Assembly: GCA_044344255.1 (NCBI GenBank)
Contig: JBIJDH010000010.1
Location: 160,001-224,000 of the forward strand
Source: Myxococcota bacterium
GTDB lineage: Bacteria; Myxococcota_A; UBA796; UBA2385
Length of the DNA: 64,000 bases
Direction of reading: 5' to 3'
Shown here: positions 26,700 to 35,797 of the stretch, piece after piece
Layout of the letters: each line of letters starts with the position of its first letter
Numbering within the stretch: the stretch's first letter is position 1
The notes under the pieces: model-generated
The model's database searches: none
What the model was told of the DNA's origin: nothing
Seen by the model: only the letters and a program-made list of their open reading frames with translations
Translations under genes and position numbers: made by a program

Positions 26700-28420
26700 C
26701 AGCGCTTCCACCAGAAGGGGAGGTGATTGTCCGAGCCGGTGTCCTGGCCGGGCAGCCAGAAGGGGGCGCTCGAGGGGTCCGCGCCGGCCTCGGCCTTCGA
26801 GGGATCGATGGCGCTCACCCAGATCTGCGGCTGACCCAGGCCATCGATGGGGTAGCTGCGCTTGGAGGAGAAGGCGAGCCAGAGCACCTCGTCGTCGGGG
26901 AGGGGGCCCCAGCGCGGGTAGCTGTTCTGGTTGTTGTCTTCCCCATTGGCGGTGTCGAGGCGCACCACCCTGAGGCCGTCGCGGCTCGCCAGCATCAGCT
27001 CGGCCGTCGGGCTCGCGTAACCAGAGCCGATCGTCCGATTGTAGGCCAGCCACTCCCCGTCCGGCGACCAGGCTGGATAATAATAGGTGTATCCATCCTC
27101 ACTCGAGATGAGGACGCGCTCGTTCGACAGGGCGGCGCCGTCCCAGTCGAAGACCACGAGGTCGCTCAGCTCGAAGTCGAACTCACTCCTAAAATTACCC
27201 AAGATCTTGACAAAGACGACCTGCTCTCCGTCGGGGGACCAGTCGGGCTGCGTATATCGCCCGACGAGGCCAAGGTCTTTGACCGGGAGGCCGGTGGCGA
27301 GGTCATAGAGCACGACCGAGGTGTCGGAGGTGCCGATCATGTACTGACCATCCGGCGAGATGGTCTTGAAGGTGACCCGTTGCTCGCCGTTCGGGGGGAC
27401 GACCTGCACAGGCGCCAGCGGATCGGAGACGTCGACCACCGAGAAGGTGCCGTTGATGCCGTTGTGGGTCATCACCATGCGATCGGTGGGGTTGTTGACC
27501 GTGTGGCAGCCGATACACTCGCCGCCCACGTCGTCGCGGGTCCAGAAGGGGTCCGCCTGGGTGGTGCCGAAGGGGATGCGCATCACGCCGGCCACCGAAG
27601 CGGCCCAATAGAGCACGCTGCCGCGCGCGTCGAGGCGATTGACGGACAGGGTGATCGCAGGCCCCACCCGTACGTCGGTGAGGGCGCCGCCGCTGTAGGT
27701 CCCCGACTCCACCGAGACGCTCACCTCGCCGCCGCGGTTGGAGGCCGCGATCTGCGCCCAGAGGTCGCTCGAGGCGTACCAGGTGTCGAGGGCGCTGTAG
27801 ACCGAGACCTCGGTGATGTCGCTGCGCAGCCGCAGCCGGAAGACGTTGTGGCTCTCCGGCGGCGCCCAGAGGAAGCCGAGGCCCTCGAGGTTCCGCGGCA
27901 CGCGCACCTGATCGGCCGGATAGAGCAGGGCCGGGAGGTCACCCGCGGTCGGGGTGGCGGCCTCGAAGGCGGCCACCACCGCGGTGTCTACGCCCTCCTC
28001 GAGGAGGTCTTCCCGATAGGTCACCCGCAGCGTGGCGCGCCCCTCGATGCCGCGGTGGGTGGCGACGACGTCGGTGATGCCCCCGTTTCGGTCAGCCGCC
28101 GTGAACAGACCCTCCTCGTCGATCGTGCCGACGGAGAGGTTGGACAGCGACCAGCTCACGAGGTCGATCGGCGCGACCGTGCCGTCCTCGAAGGTCGCGG
28201 TGGCGGTGAGCCGGGTGGTGGCCGGCTCGCCCTGCCGCGTCGAGAGCTCCGTCTCCTCGGCGGTGACCACGAGGGAGACGACGTCGCCGTAGGCGGACTC
28301 CGAGGGGGCGACCGCGCCCTTACAAGCGGGAAGCAGCGCCGGAGCGCAGAGCGCGCCGAGGAGGAGGGGCAGGCCGAGGCGCGAGGGGCGCAGGCCGAGC
28401 GAGGTGGCGGTTCGCAGCAT
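26699..28420 (-). CDS. TolB-like (PD40) beta-propeller lipoprotein with Ig-like domain
   Basis: LPAC lipobox; PDWSPDG, PAWSPDG, ISPDG repeats; CIGCH motif; APFWLPGQ C-terminus. Confidence 0.8.
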   Translation of the reverse strand: MLRTATSLGLRPSRLGLPLLLGALCAPALLPACKGAVAPSESAYGDVVSLVVTAEETELSTRQGEPATTRLTATATFEDGTVAPIDLVSWSLSNLSVGTIDEEGLFTAADRNGGITDVVATHRGIEGRATLRVTYREDLLEEGVDTAVVAAFEAATPTAGDLPALLYPADQVRVPRNLEGLGFLWAPPESHNVFRLRLRSDITEVSVYSALDTWYASSDLWAQIAASNRGGEVSVSVESGTYSGGALTDVRVGPAITLSVNRLDARGSVLYWAASVAGVMRIPFGTTQADPFWTRDDVGGECIGCHTVNNPTDRMVMTHNGINGTFSVVDVSDPLAPVQVVPPNGEQRVTFKTISPDGQYMIGTSDTSVVLYDLATGLPVKDLGLVGRYTQPDWSPDGEQVVFVKILGNFRSEFDFELSDLVVFDWDGAALSNERVLISSEDGYTYYYPAWSPDGEWLAYNRTIGSGYASPTAELMLASRDGLRVVRLDTANGEDNNQNSYPRWGPLPDDEVLWLAFSSKRSYPIDGLGQPQIWVSAIDPSKAEAGADPSSAPFWLPGQDTGSDNHLPFWWKR

Positions 28421-28494
28421 GGGCGCAGGCTACCACGAGGGGCGTGGTCGGACGCCCGGCCGCGGGCGCGCTATGCTCGACCCCGAGGTGCCGG

Positions 28495-29280
28495 ATGGAG
28501 CTGAAGGGCGCGATCGCCGTGGTGACCGGGGCCTCGAGCGGCATCGGCGCCGCCACCGCCGCGGCCCTCCGCGCGCAGGGGTCCACCGTGATTGGGGTCG
28601 ACCTGCGCCCGAGCGAGGGCGTGCGCGCCGTCGACGTCACCGATGGCCCCGCCCTCACCCGCCTCGCCGCCGAGCTCGAGGCCACGCACGGGCGGGTCGA
28701 CCTCCTCGTCAACAACGCCGGGGTCACGGTGGTGGGCCGCTTCGAGGACCACACCGAGGCCGACTGGGCCCGCGTGATGGGGGTGAACTTCTCCGGGGTG
28801 CTCTACGGCTGCCGGGCCTTCCTCCCCGGGATGCAGGCCCGAAGGCGCGGCTGGGTCGTCAACCTCTCGAGCCTCTTCGGCCTGATGGGCGTGCCCGGCC
28901 AGACGGCCTACTGCGCCTCGAAGTACGCGGTGCGCGGCCTGAGCGAGGCCCTCCACGCCGAGCTCCGCGGCAGCGGGGTGGGGATCACGGTGGTCCACCC
29001 CGGCGGGGTGCGCACCCGAATCCTCGAAGACGCCGACCTGCGGGTCGATGCCGGCCTCGTCGCCCCCGCCCGCGACTTCTTCGCCCGGCGTACGCTCCGA
29101 CCCGAACGGGTCGCCGAGGCCATCGTCGGCGCCGTCCGGCGCGAGCAGCACCGCCTGCTCGTCTGTCCGGAGACCACCCTCATCGACGGTCTCCGCCGCC
29201 TGAGCCCCAACCTCGGCAATCAGCTCGGCGTGTGGGCCCTCGAGCGGGCGATGAAGCTCAAGGTGCCCGGCCGCGCCTGA
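28495..29280 (+). CDS. Short-chain dehydrogenase/reductase
   Basis: TGASSGIG, NNAG, YCASK motifs. Confidence 0.92.
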   Translation: MELKGAIAVVTGASSGIGAATAAALRAQGSTVIGVDLRPSEGVRAVDVTDGPALTRLAAELEATHGRVDLLVNNAGVTVVGRFEDHTEADWARVMGVNFSGVLYGCRAFLPGMQARRRGWVVNLSSLFGLMGVPGQTAYCASKYAVRGLSEALHAELRGSGVGITVVHPGGVRTRILEDADLRVDAGLVAPARDFFARRTLRPERVAEAIVGAVRREQHRLLVCPETTLIDGLRRLSPNLGNQLGVWALERAMKLKVPGRA

Positions 29281-29310
29281 CCGGCGCGGAGCCTGTCGAG
29301 CGGGGCTCGC

Positions 29311-30045
29311 TCAGCGGCCCTCCTGCATGCCGTAGGTGGAGAGCGTCCGCCGGCAGGCCTCGTAGCTCGTGCCGACGGGGAACTGCTCACAGGGGCCCGC
29401 CTCCTCCGGCGGGAAGCCGAGCTGAGCGCCCACGGCGCCCACGGCCATGCCGAAGTGCTCCATCTCGCCCACCCCGTCCACGTTCCCGACGATGTAGCGG
29501 AGCTCGGTGAGGAAGGGGGTCGGCCCCGTCACCCGCCAGCGCTCGGCGGAGCGGGTGGTGAAGTGGACGAGGCAGTGCTGAAGGAGCTCACCGGTCTCGG
29601 CGCAGACCGCGAGGACCTCGCCCAGGTCACCGGCCTGGGCGGCGACGAAGTCGCTGGCGTCAAGCCAGCAGGAGCTCCGCAGCCGCGTGTCTTCGATGCG
29701 GTCGCAGGTCTCCGCCGGCGGGATCGGCGCGATGCGCATCACATGGGCGATGCACTGGTCGCGGGGCGCCTCCGTCGAGATGTTCAAGCAGATGGGCACC
29801 ATGTCCTGCCCGCTGTTCGTCCGCGGATCGAGGGAGGACACGATGGAGTAGGCGCACCAGCCGCGGCGCGGGGTGATCAGCGCCTCACACCGCTCCACCA
29901 GGCCGATCAGCCGGCGGTCACTCAGGCCGCGCTTCAGCGGGTGTCGCCCGCAGCCGGGCAACAAGAACAAGGGAAGCAACAGCCAGACAGCCGCTCCGCC
30001 CCTCCGATCGCTCGACTCACGACGGTGACTCCTCACGTTCATCAC
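29311..30045 (-). CDS. Hypothetical Cys-rich lipoprotein
   Basis: LLPGC lipobox; regularly spaced Cys pairs. Confidence 0.55.
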   Translation of the reverse strand: MMNVRSHRRESSDRRGGAAVWLLLPLFLLPGCGRHPLKRGLSDRRLIGLVERCEALITPRRGWCAYSIVSSLDPRTNSGQDMVPICLNISTEAPRDQCIAHVMRIAPIPPAETCDRIEDTRLRSSCWLDASDFVAAQAGDLGEVLAVCAETGELLQHCLVHFTTRSAERWRVTGPTPFLTELRYIVGNVDGVGEMEHFGMAVGAVGAQLGFPPEEAGPCEQFPVGTSYEACRRTLSTYGMQEGR

Positions 30046-30371
30046 ACATCTCCGGTCAGAGTCTCCCGCCTGAGATCAGCGCCTGATGTGACTTCAAGCG
30101 CCGCCCAGAAATACGATCATGCAACAAACATTGCCGAGATGTGTGTCAAGTCACCTAAAGTCAGGTCAATACAGCTCGTTCCCCACTTCGAATTGGGCAA
30201 TCGTCGGAGCGTCGAATTCCACGACGAACACGACAGCACCTATACCGACGCGGCTCGACCCTCCAAGCCGATCCGCTCCGGAATTAGTCAAATTCTACAC
30301 AGAATCCTGCGCCGGGACAGCTCCCGCCGGTCTGCACGGCCGCCACGGGGCCGTCCGGCGAGGCCCGGGGC

Positions 30372-30989
30372 TCAGGCCCCGCCGCCGTACTCTTCGTCGT
30401 AGTCGGCCCGCGCCGCCTCGATCACCGCCTGCGCCGCGGCCGAGCCCGCCATGGTGGCGATGGTGACCTGGTTCTCCACGCCCGGCACGAGCTTGTAGGT
30501 GAGGAAGTAGTGGCGGAGCCGCTCGACGAGCAGCTCGGGGAGGTCTTCGAGCTCGTTGACGCCGGACCAGTAGGGGTCGTTGTGCAGCACGGCCACGATC
30601 TTGTCGTCGGCCTCGCCCTTGTCGACCATCCGCAGCACGCCCACCACGCGGGCGGTGAGGATCACCTCCGAGCGGTTGATCGGGCGCTCGCTGAAGACGC
30701 AGATGTCGAGCGGGTCCTTGTCGCCGAAGCTCGCGCCGGGGGCGAGGGCGCCCACGCGGGGGCCGCACCAGGTGCGCGGGATGAAGCCGTAGAGGGCGGG
30801 GGGCAGGGCGTTGGTGCGCTGCGGGCGGTCTACCCGCAGGTAGCCCGTCTCCTTGTCGACCTCGTACTTCACAGGGTCAGACGGGGTGATCTCGATGTAG
30901 GCGTCCACCACGCGCGGCGCGTCTGGGCCGGCGGAGAGCCCGTGCCAGGGGTGCGGGCGCCAACGGTAGAAGGGCTTGGGGAAGGACAG
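30372..30989 (-). CDS. ppa: Family I soluble inorganic pyrophosphatase (probable CTG start)
   Basis: [32 protein letters not shown] motifs. Confidence 0.92.
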   Translation of the reverse strand: MSFPKPFYRWRPHPWHGLSAGPDAPRVVDAYIEITPSDPVKYEVDKETGYLRVDRPQRTNALPPALYGFIPRTWCGPRVGALAPGASFGDKDPLDICVFSERPINRSEVILTARVVGVLRMVDKGEADDKIVAVLHNDPYWSGVNELEDLPELLVERLRHYFLTYKLVPGVENQVTIATMAGSAAAQAVIEAARADYDEEYGGGA

Positions 30990-31087
30990 GGGACACCTCC
31001 GGGGCCGCCCGCTAACCCGCCCGCTCGGCGAGGGGCGCCTGCGCCACGTCGGTCCCGGTGGGGTATCTGGGACCACCGGAGCCCCGC

Positions 31088-32125
31088 ATGGCCAACCTCG
31101 GCTACCTCCAGCTCACCCGAAATTGTTACCAGCGGTGCCGCTTCTGCTCGAACCCGCCCACGGGGGTGGACTTGAGCGAGGAGGAGATGCGCGCCCTCAT
31201 CGATGATCTCGTGGTCATGGGCTACGACGGCGTGATCCTCACCGGCGGCGAGCCCACGCTCTCCCCCCTGCTCTTCCCGGCCCTGCGCTACGCCGCCGAG
31301 CGCGGCCTCTACAGCCGGATGATCACCAACGGCCAGCTCCTCGCCGACAAGGCCTTCTTCCGCCGCTGCGTCGAGGCCGGCCTCACCCACATCCACGCCA
31401 GCCTGCACAGCTACCGGCCCGAGGTGCACGACTTCATCACGAAGTACCCCGACGCCTGGCGCACGTTGACCACGGCCCTCGGCCACGTGCCCGAGCTCGG
31501 CATCACGAGCGACATCAACACGGTCATCAACGTCTACAACGCCGACCACCTCCACGAGACCGTGATGTGGATCTGCGACCGCTTCCCCTTCATCCGGCAC
31601 TTCGTCTGGAACAACATGGACCCGGACGGCAACCGCGCCGAAGAGAACCCGGACTGCATCCCCCGCCACGACGAGTTCATGGTCAGCCTCGAGCTGGCGA
31701 TGGAGTACCTCCACCAGACCGGCCGCAGCTTCCGCGCCGAGCGGGTGCCCCTCTGCTACATGCGGCGCTTCGCCTGGGCCTCCACCGAGACGCGAAAGAT
31801 CGTCAAGGAGGAGGAGCGCTGCATCCGCTTCCTCGACCAGAAGGGCTTCGTCCACCAGACCGAGTTCCTGCACGGCAAGGGCGCGGCCTGCGACGTCTGC
31901 CGCTGGGACCCCATCTGCGCCGGCATGTACTCGATGGCCAAGACCTACGACGAGCGGGAGCTCTCCCCCCTCTTCGAAGACCCGCTGCCCGTCATCACCG
32001 CCGTCCTCGGCCACGCCCCCGAGCCCGCGCTCGTCGAGCGCATCCTCCAGCGCCGCGGGCGCCGCTCCCCCACCGAGCAGCCGAGCCTGGAGCAGCGCGC
32101 CGCCCGGCGGGAGGTCCCGCTCTGA
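31088..32125 (+). CDS. Radical SAM protein with C-terminal Cys cluster (HxsC-like)
   Basis: [25 protein letters not shown]-terminal CxxCx5C. Confidence 0.85.
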   Translation: MANLGYLQLTRNCYQRCRFCSNPPTGVDLSEEEMRALIDDLVVMGYDGVILTGGEPTLSPLLFPALRYAAERGLYSRMITNGQLLADKAFFRRCVEAGLTHIHASLHSYRPEVHDFITKYPDAWRTLTTALGHVPELGITSDINTVINVYNADHLHETVMWICDRFPFIRHFVWNNMDPDGNRAEENPDCIPRHDEFMVSLELAMEYLHQTGRSFRAERVPLCYMRRFAWASTETRKIVKEEERCIRFLDQKGFVHQTEFLHGKGAACDVCRWDPICAGMYSMAKTYDERELSPLFEDPLPVITAVLGHAPEPALVERILQRRGRRSPTEQPSLEQRAARREVPL

Positions 32126-32133
32126 GCGGGCGC

Positions 32134-32613
32134 TCAGCGCGCGACCTCCTCGTCCTTGGCCTCCACCACCTCCGCCTTGGAGCGCCCGTTGTTCTGGAAG
32201 AGCGGCTCGAGCTCCCGCAGGATCACCGCGTACCGCTGGTTGCGGCGGCCCGTCGTCTGCGCGCCCGCGTAGAGGTCCAGGCAGCTCTGCCACAGCGCCG
32301 AGGTGGCCTCGAGGTTCACGTCCTCCACGCGGCGGAGCAGCACCGTGAGCGCCATGACCAGCGGCCGGGCCGCCTCCATGCGGGCGCGGTTCTCGATGAG
32401 GGAGGCGGTGTCCACGCCGACGAAAGCGACGAGCTCGGGCTGACGCTCCGCCTCGCTCAGGATGCTGGCGGAGCGGTCAAAGAAGCCGCCGCGGGCCTTC
32501 GCGAGGCCGCGCCGTTCGGCCTCGGTCAGGCCGGGGTGGACCGTGACCAGGAGGTCGTTGAGGGCCTGTACCTGAACGAGGGACTCGGTGAGCAGGGTGG
32601 TGATGTCGGACAT
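32134..32613 (-). CDS. Hypothetical alpha-helical protein
   Basis: GGAG upstream of ATG; GC3-biased ORF; LTEAERRGLAK motif. Confidence 0.7.
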   Translation of the reverse strand: MSDITTLLTESLVQVQALNDLLVTVHPGLTEAERRGLAKARGGFFDRSASILSEAERQPELVAFVGVDTASLIENRARMEAARPLVMALTVLLRRVEDVNLEATSALWQSCLDLYAGAQTTGRRNQRYAVILRELEPLFQNNGRSKAEVVEAKDEEVAR

Positions 32614-32900
32614 GGTGCGGTCTCCATCGCGCGCTCGGCCGAAGAGTCGGCCACCGGCGCGCCTGACCCTTCAGCAAGGCCCGTGCCCACGGAAATCCGG
32701 GTACTTACGAGGCGGTGACCGACCAAGTCTTGGACAACACCCGTCAGCGACTACTCGCCCTCTCGCAGCAAAGGCTTATCCGAGGCCGCGTCTCGCGAGA
32801 TTGGCAGGGGTGACCAACGGGTGCCGGACTTCCGTCACCTTCGGCACCCCCCTTCGAGGCCGGGCGACCGCAGGGAGCGGCCGATCGGCTCCGAGGGCAA

Positions 32901-33068
32901 AGACCGGCTCGACGGACCAACCCGGTCGCTCCAACGCGGAGGCGGGCGGCTCGATCGAGGGGGTGAATTGCTCCCCCGAGCAGCACGGTCGCTCGATCGA
33001 GAGGGCGAATTGCTCGGTCGAGCCGCACGGTCGCTCGATCGAGAGGGTGAATTGCTCCGTCGGGCGGT
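32901..33068. repeat. Degenerate 21-bp tandem array (8 units, 42-bp higher-order period)
   Basis: GCTC at 32907, 32928, 32949, 32970, 32991, 33012, 33033, 33054. Confidence 0.85.
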
Positions 33069-33879
33069 GGGGGGCGGCGCGCTGGGGAGAGAAGGCGCGA
33101 GGGCGACGTCAACACCTTGTGTCGGGTCGGCTGTGCGTGCGTGGAGGCGTTCGACCGCCGACGCCCTCCGAAGGCGGAGCTTCGCCTGGCCCAAGCCCCT
33201 CGACCAACACCGCCTCTTACCTCCCGGAAGGGCCCCTACCCTTCATCACCGCCGCGTCCAGCCATGCCGCCACTCCCGCGCCCGTCAGGTGTGGCTCCGG
33301 CTCCAACGGCGCCGCTCCACGACGAGCAGCCGCACCCGCAACGAGCGCTCCGCCCACCAGCAACTCGACCCTCGGCCAGCAGCGTACTGAACGTACCCGC
33401 CCAATCAAAACAAATACAACAAAAACTTACTGTTATCCAATGCAGATCAAATCAACAATACAACTTCCACGAATCTCTTTCGTCGACCGCATGGTCCAAC
33501 GAAGCTGGTCGTGTGTGCGCAACTAACCGCAACGTACCCCACCGCCGACTCTCCGTCCTCCGGACTCTTGATATCTGAGTCCAGGTGAATCCAACTCCAC
33601 CGACCTGCAAGTGGAACCACAGGGGCGCCCCAGGGTTGGGTCGATGCGGGTCGGAGCGGTGCTCACGCGCAAAGAAGCTGGGGGCGGAAAGGCGCCGCGG
33701 CCTACCCCGCCCCTTCCGGTGTGCTTCGTACACCACCTGGGGCAGGCGTGCACTTTGTCGGTGGCCCGTTACCTGTCGGCCGGGTAACCGCCAGTCTCGC
33801 CCCTGGGAGTCTGACCTGCCAACCCCTGCCTCAACTCACGACGGGACCGCCGCAATACATGCTCGTCCCGAACGCAGGG

Positions 33880-34000
33880 GCCCCCCGCAGGCGAAGTACG
33901 CCGCGACCCTTGGCTTCTCGGTTCGTCACATTTCGACGTGGGTATGCGGAGAGAACAAGCTTTCTGCTCCGCACCCGCGCGCATTGAAGCACATGGGCAA
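33880..34000 (+). pseudogene. XRE-type HTH relic
   Basis: QAKYAATLGFSVRHISTWVCGENK resembles a Cro/C1 HTH; no clear start. Confidence 0.4.
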
Positions 34001-34120
34001 CGAGATCGGGTGTTTGGTCTCTGAAAGTGCGGCGGCCGCCGTTAGGGGGAGGTCGTGATGCCGGAGGTGCGGCGGAGCACCAACCCCGGGTGCGCGGATT
34101 GTGGCGTCAGCAACAGTCCG

Positions 34121-34672
34121 ATGTCCGGAAGTGAAAACGAAGCCGAGTTGATTCTCAGGAAGCTGGCCCGGCTGCGCTCAGGTGCTCCTCCTCGGTACAT
34201 GGACCTCTTCTCGGGTTGCGGGGGCATCTCACTCGGCTTCCTGACAGCGGGGTTCGCGCCCGTCGCCTCCGTGGAGGTGGACGGGTGGGCAGCGTTGTCG
34301 CACGGGGCGAACTTCGGAGCCCGCTGCGAAGGTGGAGACCATCCAGGCCACCATGTCGCCCGGGACGCCGTGAATGAGGACCCCGAGTCCATGTTCGCCG
34401 AACTGGGTCTCGCCGGCCCAGTGGACCAGCAGGTCGACGTGCTGGTCGGCGGACCACCGTGTCAGGCCTTTGCCCGGGTCGGGCGAGCCAAGCTGCGGGA
34501 GCAGGCCCATCGCCGCGAAGAGGTGACCGCCGATCAGGCGTTCCCCTTCCCGAGGCTGCCGGACGACTATGTACCGCCGCGGGGCGTCACAGCGATTCGT
34601 TACGCTGTTGACGTGTCAGCTCTCCCGACGCTGTCCACCGACAAGGTCACCAGCCTCGTCTGCGGGCATTGA
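34121..34672 (+). pseudogene. Truncated C5-cytosine DNA methyltransferase
   Basis: Motif I DLFSGCGG and motif IV GGPPCQAF present; ENV and later motifs missing before the stop. Confidence 0.8.
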
Positions 34673-34682
34673 ATTTTCCATC

Positions 34683-34724
34683 GTCCCAGGTCCCAGGTCC
34701 CAGGTGCCAAGTGCCAGGTACCGG
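34683..34724. repeat. Heptamer tandem repeat (GTCCCAG)x~6, degenerate
   Basis: gtcccag gtcccag gtcccag gtgccaa gtgccag gtaccgg. Confidence 0.75.
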
Positions 34725-34783
34725 AGTTGAATCGCGCCGGCCGGGCCATGAACCCTGAAAGGCGGGCCCCGCCCCCCCCCCGC

Positions 34784-35041
34784 TCAGGCGGGGCCGCCAC
34801 GCTGCCAGACCGGCACGTCGGCGGGGCGGCCGGCCTCCGCCTGCTCGGCCGCGCTGTAGGGGCAGTGCCGGCAGCCGGCCCCACAGCAGTAGCCGCGCGC
34901 CTTCAGGTAGTGAGCGGTGAGGACGAGCAGGCCGGTGGAGGGGTCGACGTAGCCGGTCTGGCCGCGGGCGCTGGCGGAGTCGTGGACGCGGAGGACCCGA
35001 TCGAGGAGCGCAGGGTCAGGCAAGGGCTTCGGCGGCTTCAT
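34784..35041 (-). CDS. DUF5522-like small Cys-rich protein
   Basis: YVDPSTG..VLT...L.ARGYCCGAGCRHCPY. Confidence 0.85.
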   Translation of the reverse strand: MKPPKPLPDPALLDRVLRVHDSASARGQTGYVDPSTGLLVLTAHYLKARGYCCGAGCRHCPYSAAEQAEAGRPADVPVWQRGGPA

Positions 35042-35679
35042 CCGCTCCGGCTAACCCCGACCGAGGCGACAGCCTCCCCCGAGACGACCGCGGGCGCTTC
35101 CGGGGTCGGCAACACCCCGCGGTAGATCTGGTCCACCTCGATCTCCACGCCCAAGTGCGGCAGGCGGACCATCATCCCGGGCCCGTAGCTGTTGTAGAGC
35201 CAGCCCTCTCCGGAGCGAGTGAAGACCTCGACACAGGCCAGTCGCAGAGAGACCAGCACGTAGGTGTGGAGGGACACGATCTGCTGGTAGATCCTGAACT
35301 TCTCGCCGCGATCGAAGAGCTCCGTCGAGGGGGAGAGCACCTCGACGATCAGGCTCGGGTTGAGGATGCCCCGCTCATCCCCCTCGGTGTACTCCGGCGC
35401 CCCGCAGATCACGCTGGCGTCGGGGTGGAGGCCGCGGCGCGTGGCCAGGACGGCGACGAGGAGGCTGGAATCGTAGACCTCGCAGGGTCTCCCCTCGAGG
35501 GCGACGGACAGTCGGGTGACCCACCGCCCCGCCAACAGCGCGTGGGCGGGCGTGGCCCCCGCCATCGCCATGAGCTCGCCGTCATGGAACTCATAGCGCC
35601 CCTCGCTCCCGCCATCTGGATCGTGATCGAGGTCGAGGAACTCATCCCAGGTGACGGGCTTCTGCGGACGGGGACCCAT
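35038..35679 (-). CDS. Uma2 (DUF820) family putative endonuclease
   Basis: RYEFHDG..MAG, PDASV, IVEVLSPST...DRGEKF..Y. Confidence 0.9.
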   Translation of the reverse strand: MGPRPQKPVTWDEFLDLDHDPDGGSEGRYEFHDGELMAMAGATPAHALLAGRWVTRLSVALEGRPCEVYDSSLLVAVLATRRGLHPDASVICGAPEYTEGDERGILNPSLIVEVLSPSTELFDRGEKFRIYQQIVSLHTYVLVSLRLACVEVFTRSGEGWLYNSYGPGMMVRLPHLGVEIEVDQIYRGVLPTPEAPAVVSGEAVASVGVSRSG

Positions 35680-35797
35680 GATCACCCCAACCCCCAAGAT
35701 CACATCGGTCCAAGAGCTACGCCCACCCGCGTCGCCCGGCAAGCGCCGTCACCGTCGGGGCGGGCCGCTCGCCGGGCGACCATCGGCGCCCGGAGGC

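Noticed and set aside
27500..27520. CIGCH in the TolB-like protein as evidence of a cytochrome c
   Set aside because: Single motif inside a beta-propeller context with no other cytochrome features; heme binding cannot be supported
32901..33068. 21/42-bp array as a CRISPR array
   Set aside because: No invariant repeat with unique spacers, the period is too short, and no cas genes are in the window
32588..33526. 312-aa + strand ORF spanning the array as a confident CDS
   Set aside because: Low complexity, heterogeneous composition, overlaps the start of the divergent gene; only the heptad segment is notable
35038..35679. Uma2 as the cognate restriction enzyme of the nearby MTase
   Set aside because: Uma2 genes are typically abundant stand-alone paralogs; it is convergent to the MTase, which is truncated
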